A stretch of DNA of 55,902 bases, filler included, from Sphacelaria rigidula (taxonomy: Eukaryota), in the NCBI GenBank assembly GCA_964200075.2. It is 5 parts of 5 records of this genome, joined end to end, with 100 filler letters (N's around TTAATTAATTAA, not from the genome) between each part and the next. Parts side by side here need not be neighbours in the genome. Positions count along the whole stretch, not along the records: positions 22,403 to 33,503 come from CAXNAA020005387.1; positions 33,604 to 44,703 come from CAXNAA020005388.1; 3 more parts are not named here. The stretch is one strand, 5' to 3'. How positions within the stretch are numbered: the first letter of the stretch is position 1; each line of letters starts with the position of its first letter. The notes under the pieces are model-generated. The model was not told the DNA's origin. It saw only the letters and a list, made by a program, of their open reading frames with translations, and made no database searches. Positions 24,660 through 38,065 of this stretch are shown in pieces. The position numbers were made by a program, and so were the translations under genes.

Positions 24660-25520
24660 CCTGGCTTTCCGTGACGTCACCACGACGACCGGTGCTCTGG
24701 GAGAACCCTTGTCTGTTTCGAAAGTCTTTCCGTCTTTCCCTGGAAACATCTTGAAAGCGTTACCGTCTGTCCAAGCACATATTAGACACCCAAAACAGGG
24801 GCAGAAGAATAAACCAGGTGGTCGATTCAAGTTGCATCGCAAACGTTAAAAATACCGCGATTTTTGTTTATTTTAACTGCCGATCTGAGAGATTTTTTTC
24901 CGAGCACAGCTGGCACCCGTGTTTGTGAGCGTGCTCGTAGGTTCTAGCAAGAGATGTTTACCAAGTAGGTGGAGCTTAAGGTAGAAGAAACGTTACGACT
25001 GTACAAAATACCGTACAGCTGTTTCGTACTGGCTGTAGTGATATTGCCGAGTTTATCGGTGGGGTGAATGAGTGATTGATCGAATGTCGCACATTAGCTG
25101 ATTCACTACGGATCCCTGTCGCGGTCGCAGGATAGACATACCCGAAGTTCCATGGAAGCGCTCGTTAATGGATACTGGAGAAGAGGAAATAAATTGCCAC
25201 ATAGCATACAACAACGACAACAAGAACAACTAATCATGATAACACCAACGTGAGGTGAGTTCATTGCTATTGCCGACCTTTGATTGCGCACTGCACACAG
25301 GAAGTACCTTATGCACGACAAGTGACAACCCAGGAGGATGGCCAACTCACTATATATTTGAGAACGTTTGGGGGGCAGTTCCGGGTGAAGCTCCGGCCAC
25401 CACACTAATATCCTCGGATATATTGATCTGATTGAAGCAGATGGCGGGATACCGCTAGGCGACCGCAAATCGTCCAGGTGAATCTGGAGTGATCCCGGAT
25501 GCACCAAGATATGCATCATT
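24660..25520 (-). pseudogene. Intron-containing DUF6729-like putative transposase remnant
   Basis: Exon-like pieces in order GSLQIH...SIYPRILVWWPEL, RVCLSC, QTRVPAVLGKKS, bounded by AG and GT sites. By-eye motif order only. Confidence 0.4.
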
Positions 25521-28500
25521 ACGACTGTTCATTCAAAATTCATATCAACATGATGGTAACTGCGACTTCAGGCAACCGCCTTTTTGAGTTAGAAGCAAGG
25601 TGCTTCTCCACATGAAAAAAATCGACCGGCGTGAATTATTTCATGGGTGCGGTTCAACAGACCATCATGCATAGACCAAATGTATTACACGACCAAACAG
25701 TGCTCGCTATTCTTCGCATGTACGGTATAAATAATCTTGCATCCATCAAAACATATGGTGATGACACTGCACGTAATGCTGTCATGGAATGGTTTCGCGA
25801 GGCGTTGTTCGGTATGTGTGCCAATCCCGTCTCGTAGAACGAGCGGCAGCATTCTGCCCGTGGAATCGCAGCTTGGCCTTTGACTCAACAGGCGGCGACA
25901 CCTGGGACACCCTCACCACGCGGCATGTGCGGAGGTAGACCTGGGCGCGACGCACGTTGCTTCGAAGATGAGCGAAGGTCCAACTGAATCGCGTTGGATT
26001 TTCCCGTTGTCGATGATCGCCGCATCCTGCCATGAAAAAATAAAACAAGGCCAGAGTGAAATAATACACAGACAAAAGACACCACACGAAGAAGCTGGGC
26101 AGTAGTGATCACAGAAGTACTGCAATACTGTATGGTTTCTCTTCGATTTTTGGGCACAAATTGAAAGAAAAAGAACACAACAAAATAATTCTACGGAATA
26201 TATCCATTATCTTCAGCCGATTGTTTGGAGCTACAGAACAGTTTGGACAGTAAGCCTGAGAACGACCGGATAAATCCAGGGGTACACCGGCACTTGATGC
26301 GTATCATTTGTGGGTTCCGATTATGCGGTACTGCAAGCCAGGGCTGCTCCTGTACTGAGGTGGAGTTCCAGAAGACGGTCAACGAAATACGAGCGCATAG
26401 ACGTTACACAAGTAAGATGACAACATGCGTTGGAGAGGCTATTAATGCCTGAGGCAACACTGTCCTCAGAACGCCCCTCCTGGCAGTGTAACTGCACCAT
26501 TAGCATTAGAAAAAATGAACAAAACTCATTCCCAATTGAATCAAGCAGGACAAGGAATCCTCGGGAATGCGCATTTACATCACAAACACTTGCTCGGATG
26601 TGAGTCCCCGGAGTCCTCATCGGCGCATGCAATCGCGGTAATACAGCATGCCGTTTTCAAATATACCACGCATTCGTCATGCGATAGTGATGGCCAGCCT
26701 TCGGAACAGACGTGAGCTTTCGTGCGAAAGCTCGGGAGCTACAGGAATCTATAGCCAGTGTCTGAAAAGCTGAGAGCGTTTAGTAGGAGGATTATGCACA
26801 ATTAGTTGGGTGATCAACTTTGCTTGCAGCGACTCGAACAGACTGAAGAAACATCGGCGCACGTCGCATAATAGTGTCACCCCGTGCCGCACCTATTTGT
26901 TTTGTTTGAAAGTCAGGGGAACAAACACTCTACACAGGGCAAGTTTGGTGGTGAAGGTATTAGCTCAACGCTCACTCTGAGCATTTGTTCTCCTCGGCCT
27001 TCCGAGTGACTTTCTACGCGGCAGCATTCATTGCTCACGAGGCTTAGAAGAACGTACATGAACAAGCCTTCACTGCCGTCCAGTAACCCAACATTGACGA
27101 GCGAGCGGGAGAGCTCGATGCACCCACCGCGTGACAATCATACGTAAGATTGAGTTCATTATGATCCCGTTCGAAGTCCCGCGTGGTCGGTAGTGAAAGC
27201 AATTGTGACAAAACAGAATCATATAAGATTTCATGTTTTTTTGGTCGATGTGGATAATCGTGTGTACATGGTACGGTGAACAACCCCTCCAATCCATCAT
27301 ACTGTCCGCATTTGTGGTCGCTGCGGAATAGTGCCCAAGGGTTACCGAGATACAGATACGGGTATGCACGTGTGACAGCGAGTAAGCCCATTTGCTACAC
27401 TCGCCGCCCAAACCATAGGTACGACTTGCACCGTACACGCCTCAAGTAAAAACATACATGCAAAATCACTGCACGGCAGAGCACGCGCCACCGGGGGAGG
27501 GAACGGGAGGGGGGATACTCGACAAAACAGATGGCTGCAGCGTCAGAACTAGCTTGAAACAACAGGTCGTCGATAGTCAACAGCTTATCCTACAGGCACA
27601 CGGGGGTTAGACGTTAATGTTTCGTGCGATGTGCTTCTGTGTGCACATGATCCTCCGAAATAGGACTGTCAAGCCAGGTCATATTCAAGGTCCGTTGTTG
27701 TACTTTTCGTAGCGCGAATCCAAGTGAGAGTTGTTTCGAGAAACATCGACATCCTCAGAAGTTATGAACAGAGACCTTCCCGACCCTTCAGCAGTATGGA
27801 TCCAGGTCTTTAGCAAGTCACCTCTAAGCTCGAGGAAGCTTCGGAATTCACACGAAATATATATATATCGGGTACCTGCCGCTGTTACTGATGTTCCCCG
27901 CAATGGCGTCCTTGATAAGTATGGACGGCCTTTCCCTAGCCGTGGGTTTTACACGAGGGACTTTTACCCAAGTGCCAGAGCTTAGCGACCACCTGTACGA
28001 AGCAAATGAATTGCAGAAGAGAGGGAAATGGATACGAACGAGATCCATCATCCAGAGATAAACTGAAGTGGTCTCCGTGTGCAGTGACAACAGCGTGCTC
28101 TATCCGGTACCGAAGAAGTGTACCGAAGAGTGCTTGGTGTGCAATGAGCATATCAAAGCTGTTTTCATTGATCACGTGCGTGTAGAATGAATGATGGGGT
28201 GATACACGACAAAACAAATCACGAAACTAACGGGAAACATGAAATATGAAATTTTGTACGATCCACCGTCCGATCGAGATGATGAAAGCTTCCCCCCCCC
28301 ACACACACATCAAATGTGTAGAAAAAATCAAGACTCTTTGTACGCCGTGTGCACAGCCAAAGCTACCAGGCTGCGGTATACCTAACTATGGCAGGGTCTC
28401 CGAAGAACCCCCGCATGTCATCAACGCAACATGGCCGCATCAACTGGTACGCACACTTGAGTGCATTCGCAATGGAAAATGACACATTGGACAGATCATG

Positions 28501-29038
28501 TACGAAAATATTGAAGTGCTGTTTTGAAGTTGGTCTGTTAGAATCCGGCACTTGGAGGTTTGGTGTTTACAGAGTCCATACTTTTCGCCCAAGCTGACAG
28601 TCCGGATATACGTGAAGACACGTGACTCCTTCTCTTGGCAATAACGGACAGATGCCACGTTGCACTTCTATTTCTGCAGGCTTGGACGATAACCGAACGG
28701 TATTCTTTCTCACTTTTTCATCAACCGTGTACAAATATTGAGTCGTCCGGCGGAAGGGATGCACGTTTTTGGCCAAAACGTGTCTTCACATATTTTCACG
28801 TTGTGAAACAAAAAGCAGATATTTTTCACAGTCTGTGATGTTTGCGTGTCAGGGGATCGCCTCGCGTTTAAACGCAACTTCGTCCTAACTGTACTGGTGC
28901 GCGTGCGCGAGAGTCTGTATGCCACTCCAGTACGCCTGCCCAGAGAAAGTTTGTGCACCCCAACCACAGTCCATTGCATTCGAAAATGTACTTCATGAAA
29001 CCCAACAGTCATATACTCGACAACATCTAAATCCGCGA

Positions 29039-29358
29039 TGGTTATCACTTGGTCGATTAGAACCTTCCCGGAATTCTATGGCTTGATTTCAGTGTCAACA
29101 CCGATATTCAGATCTTTAGCGGGGCTGACAGCCCCAACTGCCCCTCGCCTGCGCAAAACGCGTTTACGTCAAAATCGGCACCTACGGCTCCGTTTTGAGG
29201 TCTGCCAACGCCACAATTTTCCTAGGGGACGCTTCACACCCCCCTCGCCCGAGGGTTCTCGGTATGCCTTGGGTTGGGGTTAGGGTAGGGGCTAGGGCTA
29301 GGGTTATTTGAAAAAAAAATGTACCCGAGAAATTTCTCGATCGACCAAGTGGTAAACA
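29039..29358. mobile_element. MITE family copy 1 with telomere-like tract
   Basis: TIR core CACTTGGTCGAT/ATCGACCAAGTG; colinear with 30589-30888. Confidence 0.85.
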
Positions 29359-30588
29359 CACCTCTGGTTTTCTTGTCTGGAGTGTTCTGCCCTTTCGACC
29401 TCAACCACGGGTTACCCAGTCAATACACTCCAAATGAACACGGCAATCCTCACTCGTGTCAATAATGCGCCGCGTATAACGTACCCATCCAACCGTGTCG
29501 AGCCGAGTTCAGCAGTAGGCGGCGTATCGAAATCGGTCTCATTCGCGGAGCTAACCGATGGTCAATGAGTGACGTATGTATTCCTGTGACTTTTCCGGAC
29601 GTGATGGAATAGTAAAAGTGGACGCGGGATGTTGTCCCTACGAAGGAGGTCTTCAATAGTTGTTTCGACTGCAATGGCTGAATAGTCTGTCGTTCAACAC
29701 TAGAGTGCAGAAAACAAGTGCTGGCCTCGATCCTCAAAGAACCATAGTGTGTGATCTCGACCGACGCACATTAGTGTCCCCGTATAAAACCCCACAAAGC
29801 GCACATGGCGCTATTAGTACTTGATTCGAGGCGGGGCACACGCTATGTTTGACAGCTGAAGTCACCGTATGCACATGAAATATTCCACTCACTCCTGAAC
29901 CGCCAAAAAACAACATCGTGATGAGATGGATCATGACACAACTCGCATGCACGCACACCACACGACAAACATGGTACTACAAACCACCAGCAATAGATTG
30001 TGCTGTAGAACCCAGTGAACTATGCCGCCATGAACGGCTTTATACTGGTCTGTATTGTGCAACAGCGGTGATGCCGAAGCTGGCTAGATGAAATTCGCGG
30101 TGAGCGTGCAACGCCGAATTAAGTACAAACGCACTATTCGGGGGATCATTATGTATGTGACATACAACAGACCTGTCATATCCTGCCACACTCGTTGGTG
30201 AAGCTGAAACGCTGTCAGCAGCGCCTCCGCGTACAGTACTCGTTTCATCATCTTCATCGCGGTCGTCTCCAACGGTAACCCTGCGCTGAGCAGTGCTGAT
30301 CACCTTTCCTGTTGATGACGCGCCTGTGGGTCTGCCAAAGCAAAGCGCGATAGGAAGTGATGAAGACAGGCACAGACGGCTATGTCATTGTTTTCCGCTG
30401 AGTCGTTGGACAAAAGAAGAACGTGCTGTTCTTCCCTAATGACCAAAGGGCGAACCCTTCAAAGGGCGATATATATGATTCCCACTGACGCGTCGGAGAT
30501 CGGATTAGAGACAAGAAAATCGAAGTCGGCATGTATCTCCAGTCCAATGCTCTATAATAGATACGAAGCACCCAGGAAGACACAGTAG

Positions 30589-30888
30589 TGTTTACACCAC
30601 TTGATTCGGTTAGAACCTTCCCGGAATTTCATGACCTGATTTGAGTGTAAACACCGATATTTGGATTTTAGCGGGGCTGATAGTCACAATTCCCCTCGCG
30701 TGCGCAGAACGCGTTTTCGTCAAAATCGGTACATGCGGCGCCGTGTTGAGGTCGGCCAACGCCACACTTTGCCTACGGACCGCTACATACACCCCTCGCT
30801 CGAGGGTTCTCGGTATGCCTTGGGTTGGGGTTGGGGTTAGAGTTCTAGAATTATTTCAAAAAAGATGTTACCGACCAAGTGGCAAACA
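30589..30888. mobile_element. MITE family copy 2
   Basis: TGTTTACACCACTTG...CAAGTGGCAAACA; shares TTAGAACCTTCCCGGAATT and CGAGGGTTCTCGGTATGCCTTGGGTTGGGGTT with copy 1. Confidence 0.85.
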
Positions 30889-31849
30889 CGCCTCAAACGA
30901 CAATAGTGGGGTAGGAGTGTAGGCATGCAAATACATGAAAAAAAAATAATGTTGGTGGTCCCAGTTGGAATGTCGGTGCGGGTTTGCTTGTCACATGTGG
31001 AGCCTTGACGACCAGAGTAGACACTAAACGCCGACAAACCAACAGCCTTCCGGGTAAGTAACGGACGGTGAGTTTCACAGAGTGCCCCGTGCCCAAGTCT
31101 AGAAGTAGTCCGGCTACCTGCATGTCCTCCTCACGGACAAATGCCTGACGAAAATGTCCAAGCAACGGACATGACACGAGAACACACCTAACGGCAGCAT
31201 CTTCTCAACGTACAACAACACCAGGCTAAACTAATCCCCAGGTACCCAAAAGACAAAAAAATGGAAACAAAAAATGAGAACAAACAGAATCAACGAAGAG
31301 TGGTAAAACGGAAGTCGCACCTCGTTTCGTCTTTTCCCGCTGGTGAAACATATCCACCTTCCTCGCTTCCACCAAGCATCAGGCCCATCTGGGGGGGAAA
31401 AGGCAAGAAAAAGTTGAGCATAGCAATGAATAGAGAAGGAAAGTCTTTACAGTACCCGGACACCATGAACTGAAATTCAGAAAGGAGCACCAACAGTACA
31501 CATTTTCAAAGCATGAGGCGTGGAAGGCACGGACGAGAACCAGCATGAGAAATGACAACCTACTAGCAGTCTCTACTTCCACTAGTGCGCTACACCCCAG
31601 CGTGGGTGTGGCCACCAAGACATGCAAGACGCGTAGTAGCAACTACCAGTAAAACCGATGGGGAGGGAGCAATGGATGATCGATCAAAAACAAAACGAGC
31701 AAAAAGAAGATGGGAGAGCGAGGGAAGCGCAAAGCAATGCCTGGAAAGGCCTCACACCTGGATCGATCTTCTAGGCGTACGAATCCTCCCGGAGTTTCGA
31801 GAATCTTCCCCACTATCTCCCCGCAGCAGCTTGCGGGACAACCTCACGG

Positions 31850-33200
31850 GGGAAGCCTGCGTCCAGGATAATCAGTGCACACATTTACCACATCACCGAC
31901 AGAAAGATTGCGTACAGTGCAAAAATTATCTACTGAAGCTCTGTACCAGTGTAAATAAACTGAAAAAAAGAGCAGAATATGATCATGGCGTCCTGAAACA
32001 GCAGCATAATCATTTCGAGTTGGCACGACAGAACAGGGAAAAAAGAAAAAGTACTCGCAAACACCTGTGAATGAAGTGTAGTTTTGTCGCCGACAGGCCC
32101 GTACAAAGACCGGTACAAATGAATATCTATATCTATCTATATATGGCCTAAACACGAGGATCGGTTTGATCACCATCTGTGTTCTTTGCGTAGTACATAT
32201 AGATGTTCATCTTCTCTGCACAGTCCCACGGCGATGTGAAATTCTGCCCGTCGTTTCTCGTGGTCGAAGCGGACACTCTCGGTTGGTCATTTCGGAACGT
32301 TTTACTCTTCAATGTACTTAATTTCACGTCATGAGCTGTCTCCATTACAGAGGAACCGCATTTTCAAAGCAGGTACGTGCCGTCCGTACTTGCTTGAAAC
32401 GACCACAGAAGTTATACGCTCTGCTTCAAAGTTAGATCGAGCTGCTGCGGTTCTTATTTTTGCCATGCTCTCGATTCCTGGTGATGACGCAGAGTGGTAC
32501 CGGTCACGTTTATCAGGGCAGTACGATGACGATGCAGCTGATGAACAACCCCGACCACCTTAGCATATAGCAACACAGGGTTGGGTCTGCAACGAGGCGC
32601 CCGAGCAACGAACCAAAACCCATCGCCGTACAGCTGGCTCTGCCGTCCTCGGTGCTGCGCAATTGTGGGTCCGCTACAGTATAAATCTTCACCTGCAAGA
32701 CCTTCATCGGCGAAAGACTTTCCCCGCTACTACCGCGACCTGAGAGCGAGGAAACTTCTCCACCGAGGCTTACGTCTCCCCTCGGACCAACCTGCGGGAC
32801 AGGATGTCGGTGCATGGGGGAGATAGGTGCGCGAGGAGAATTACGAAGGAAAATGGACCGGAACACGTGGAACCAAGAGTGTTGATGCCAAAAACGAGAC
32901 CGAACCTAACCCAACCGACCGAACCAACCGAACCAACCGAACAACAACAACAACAACAACAACAGCAACCAGCGCGGTTGATGACGGTGACCAGCATTAT
33001 GTTGCTGCCGGAGGGCACAGCAAAGTTCGGTCCTGTTTGCATGACGGTTCGACCTCGCGTTTCCTCCAGGATTTCGTTGCTGAATGGCCCAAAGATTTCG
33101 GCGATAGCGAAGACATATCATCGAGAGATATCGAAAAACGGGATGGTGTCGGAAATGAAACATCTTCCAGACTTGAGAAACTTGAGCTCGGCCGTCTTCT
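31850..33200 (+). pseudogene. Sola-like DNA transposase remnant
   Basis: In order: KDCVQC...HNHFELAR (31906-32028), AVQLALPS/VGPLQYKS (32625-32686), HGGDRCA (32813-32833), LLPEGTAKFGP (33002-33034). These resemble DxCxxC, YAQQxxxP...GPxYFK, HxDNCxGQNKN and GHTKFxPD. Confidence 0.55.
32900..32970 (+). repeat. (AACC/CAA)n simple repeat, probably intronic before an AG acceptor
   Basis: Directly visible microsatellite ending in CAG. Confidence 0.8.
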
Positions 33201-33273
33201 GACATATTACTCGCCGAAATCGATGGTAACTGAACCAAAACAGGCTTAATACGCTTGTGATGCAGCCCGCTTG

Positions 33274-33503
33274 TAGGGGGGTGTACTCATGATCTTGCAT
33301 ACCGTAGCCAAATGACCGTTGGCCTCGCATCCCTACAAAGCCGAGACGGAGAACGCCGGGTTTTCGCCACACCAGGCTCGCAATCAAAAACCATGTGCGA
33401 AGCGCCGTCTAGGGGGGGGTGTACTCATGATCATGCATGCCGTAGTCATGAGACCGTTGGCCTCACATCCCTACAAAGCCGAGACGGAGCACGCCGGGCT
33501 TTC
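33274..33503 (-). repeat. Two tandem reverse copies of the 23250-23957 repeat family
   Basis: GGGGGGTGTACTCATGATC...CCGTTGGCCTC.CATCCCTACAAAGCCGAGACGGAG occurs twice. Confidence 0.9.
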
Positions 33504-33603
33504 NNNNNNNNNNNNNNNNNNNNNNNNNNNNNNNNNNNNNNNNNNNNTTAATTAATTAANNNNNNNNNNNNNNNNNNNNNNNNNNNNNNNNNNNNNNNNN
33601 NNN
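33504..33603. other. Artificial scaffold linker
   Basis: N/TTAATTAATTAA/N, 100 nt. Confidence 0.98.
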
Positions 33604-35296
33604 CCAATCTACCACTTCCCTTTACAGACAAGAGCCATTCGCTATAAGTGAGATGGCTGTTTCACGTCGCTCCTATTGCTAAACGATTTTCCTTCAGCGT
33701 GCGTGAAGTTTCGACATAATTCGCACGGACAGCTGGCGCGGCGCCTTGGTCCAAGAACTGCACTTGTTGAAACTCTGCAGCACTACTCCTATACACAAGA
33801 CATACTTGACACCACACGAAGTTGTGTCGGTTGCAGTAGTGCGCGGAGATTCGCCTACAATACAGTCCCGCGCAGCATCAGTTTGATATCCCAAAATCAT
33901 GTACGGATGCATCAACCCCGACGTCATCCGCAAGGGATGAGCTTCGCGTGACACGTCTGACCGAACGATTTCATGTGCCCGGCATTCAGGAATAACGCAA
34001 GAGGTGCCTTTGGTGTGTTTGATTTCATAATACTAGAAGAATCGGAAGATTTTGCAACGAGTTTAGGTATGGTTTTGTTGTGAAGAGCTCACTTCCGTCG
34101 TTGCCCTCAGATCCGACGCAGATTGCACGCACAGCGGGAACGGCGCCTTGACCAAACAACTCAATGGACTGCATGCCCCCGGGATCGTTGTTGAGTATGC
34201 ACTCTAGCGCGTAGAGGTAGCTGCCTGCGTCTGGCGGCGTGAAACGCAACAGACACAGCTGGACAAAGGGAGACACGTTACCATAAGTAGTGAGTGGGAA
34301 AGATCCGGACAAGTGTATCGCAGGATTTCATGTCGGACATCATTCGCCGCGATCGCGTGTGGGTTTAATCGATGCTTATACGTAGATTGTGATGGAGTAT
34401 ACGAGCTGGGCCAGCCTAAAAACGGATGCAAGCTCTCAAGGCAATATCTCACCGACACAAACGAATTGGATCATGACCCTCACATCGTGTTAATCATCCA
34501 GTCAAGAGGAAGATGTTATTTCCTCAAAAGTCTGGGCCGATATTTCCCTGTGTTTTAAGCCCATGTTTAGTAATTCCTATACCTAACGGAGATAGCGTCT
34601 ATACTAAATTCTATATGAAACCCCCGATCGATACATTCAGCGGGTGACAACCAATTGTGGTGTGGCACTTCCCTGGAGCACGGAGAGATGATAGATGCCC
34701 TCACCTTTACCTAATTCGTTATCTATCTCGAGATATGGCGCACATAAGTTTCCATAGTAAGATCAATTTATTACGAGCAGAGGCACCAGATGAACTAAAT
34801 CTAGATATCGCGTTTCAGGTTCTGGGAGTTATTCTATGAAATTTCGTATGGAGGACCGATGGTGCATAATAAAGCTAACAAAAATGCTTTTTTTAATTTC
34901 TTTCATTTTTTTCATTTTTTTCTTCCCCTTTTAGGGCAGTTTTGAGGAGAAATGAACAATACTCTTGGCCCTTATCTCAATTATTTAGCTCAATTATTAG
35001 AATTGTGATTTGAAACTCACCATAAAAAACCACAGAGATATGCCGGAAAGAAAAGAAATGAGCCTCAATTATTTTGTATTGGAAGAGGTTCGGGCGTTCT
35101 CGTGAAAACATGGTCGTTTACGTACTAAAACGCCCTAAACCATATGAAAAAATCGAAAAATTAGCTTGACCCACTTTCTTTTTAACTATGCCCCAGCCAC
35201 GGCCCACACAAAGTTTCAATGCACAAACACCAAACTTGGGCCGGTAAGTGGCCTGCAGAATACTGCTCCGAATTTCTTCTGACCCCGTCACTAAAC

Positions 35297-35561
35297 GGCC
35301 CATTAACCGGCCAATATTTAGAGTTGGACCCTGAAATTTGACATGAACAATGAATAGGGCATAATGAAAACGAATACCACTGCACGCGAGTTTTTTTTTT
35401 ATGGGTTAAGGGCAATAATCAGGTTTTAGGTACCAGTTCAATGCCCTTAATTCATGAAAACAAAATCTTGTGTGCCCTGGTATTTGTTTTTAATTATGCC
35501 CTATCCGTTGCTCATATCAAATTTCAGGGTCCAACTCTAAATATTGGCCGGTTAATGGGCC
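35297..35561. mobile_element. Foldback element / long inverted repeat (265 bp)
   Basis: ~120-bp arms; outer ~45 bp GGCCCATTAACCGGCCAATATTTAGAGTTGGACCCTGAAATTTGA are perfectly inverted; ~25-nt loop. Confidence 0.9.
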
Positions 35562-36249
35562 TGCAAATTACAAATTCGCTTCTCGGCTGGCCCAGCTCGT
35601 ACGTTTATTTTGTGATCAGGACTGAACTCGTAGGGCATAAGATGATGCGCGACAACCAGTCCGTCGACCAACCAGCAATCAGGTCGGAAACGCGTAGGCA
35701 CATGCTGATGGCTGGCGGTCAGCCCGCGGACTTCGCCGGCAGTGATGCCGCGATGCGTCTCCGCCTCTAGAAGAATGACTGGCTTGAGGAGGCAAATCTG
35801 CATGCTAGTCAAAATGGCAAAAGCCGAGCACACTGAGCAGCTGAAAACTCCCAGGCTTGAGATAGGTTTCGCCAATGTCGCCCATATGAGACGCTCCGTG
35901 CAGCCTGAAACCAGGTGTCAGGCGCTGTATGGTCACTTTCTTTGCGACAGGGTTGGGGCTGGTTTGAGGGGGGCTACCACGGCATCCCTTCATCACGACC
36001 CTCAGCAGGCGCAACACTTGGCTAGAGAAAGTGCGAGAGGATTACAGAACGGTAAACTTTTGGTCCCACGTAGGGTTTAACTTCGAGCAACGGTTAGGGT
36101 TGAAGCGTAGGCAAGGGTCCTTGCTGGAAGGAGGGCAGGGATTTGTTGTTCGTGCGCGGGGTTTGATGATGTGAGTGGTTGCTGCGATGTTTGTCCCCCC
36201 CGGAAGTATACGTGTTTCCTGATTTCCTTTATTAAAGACAAAGGGCTAA

Positions 36250-38017
36250 TATCCGGCGTCTGGTGACAAGTCAGAAGGGCTGTGATCGAGCAAAGTGTAC
36301 CACGTTTCGGCGGACCGTGCGACAATCCGGTCTTCACTTAGGGCCCGCACATGACTCCAGTCGATGTTTTCATATTTACAGAGCCAAATATTTCGGTTCA
36401 GGCAACACATATAGCTGCTCAAGAGCCAGCAGGCACAGCACGTTGGCCACGGTTTTGTGCGAATATCTAGGCAAAGGTACATGCTATGACGTATTGCCCA
36501 TTCTTAGGGGCCACGGTAATGTCGTTCCAAAGGTTGTTCCTTTACCAAAGGTTGTTCCTCTACCAACTCGCATTGGGACGGAACCCTAACCCCGTGGATT
36601 ACCTGGAAATCGCCCGCGGGAATCAGTCCAACCGCAGGTTTGACGTCGAATACTGTACTGGGATCAGGTTTAAAGCTGAAGCAAGCAGGAATGTTCCCTT
36701 GATTTGACAGTCTGCTCGATAGGCATCAAAATCATTAGAGCAGAGCAATTGTGAACACAAGGTTAGAGCGCATGGACGTTCTGCGATATCATCGACCTAT
36801 CAAACACAACGCGAAATGAAAAGATTGCCCATGAGCGACTCGGTACACGACTACTCTTGATGTGTAAATAATATTTGGTCAGATATATACTAGATCCCAC
36901 TCTAGCGAGAGGGTAAGTCTCGCACTGTTCACAATTGTTCGCATTGACGAGGACTCTCACTCAGATCAGACCGCACTCAAGTGGGACCCCGTCGGCACGG
37001 AATTGAAATTTCGCGCTCACCTTATCGTCTGGTACACAGTGTCACCGACGTGACAGGCGGGGAAGCACAAGCGTTGCCCGGTGTGCTGGGTAGAAAAAGC
37101 AACCTTCGCCAAGAACTGCTCTCCTACAAAAGAGTGGCCCAGCACGCTCAGAGAACAGCACCAGGGAGGTTGCTGGAGCGGGTCTTGAACCATCCTGACG
37201 GAAGAAGTGAACGCCAGTCATGATTGAGAGCATCAGCCAGAGCTCCACAAGCCAAACGAGGAAGGAGAAAAAACTCGGGTTTGCGTAAAGATAGTAGGGT
37301 GTTTGCTGAAGAAAAAATTCGATTATCCGAAGTGCGATTTCTACCGTACAGCCTCCACTGAGTTCCAAGCCTCCGGAGCACCGTGCACACACACCAACAT
37401 TCAGCGCAAGACCAGCTTTGTCTTTCGAATTTTCCCCTATTTCGTGACTAGTCGGACATATACGGATTTCGGTTCGGAGGTGTTTTTTCCCGTAGGACAT
37501 CCTTGTGCCGGTGGATGCTGCCTGGGACACGGAGCTCGCTGGCCGCTCTGCACCAAAGTCGAAATTTGGGACACAGCAATGATTATGCACAAACGCACCA
37601 GTCGTGGCAATGTCAGTGCTGTAAGTGAAAACTGCTGAGACAATTTCTACGATCGTCCCCTCGCCCCCAAAAGTGCCTAGTTTGGGGAGGCAAAACCTTC
37701 ACGTGAATCGATATGAAAGACGCCGAGCACAACGAGCAGCTGGGCATTCCCACACTTGGGTTCGTTTTCGCCAATGTCGTCCATATGAGGCGCTTTATGC
37801 AGCCTGAACCCAAGCATCAGGCGCTGTATCTTCATTTTTTCGTGACACTTTTAGGTTGGTTTTGGGGGGCTATCGTAAAAAGTGTCTTCAACACGTGCTG
37901 AACACGCCTTGCAAAATATGTTAAAATCGTGGGTCGTTCACCTTCATTGGATGGACACATCGGAGGTAACTAATGATCCGGGGTATTATTTGCCGACGGT
38001 ATTTTCGAGTCCACGCA

Positions 38018-38065
<48 letters not shown>

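Noticed and set aside
29271-29305. True telomere
   Set aside because: Short, degenerate and internal to a MITE.
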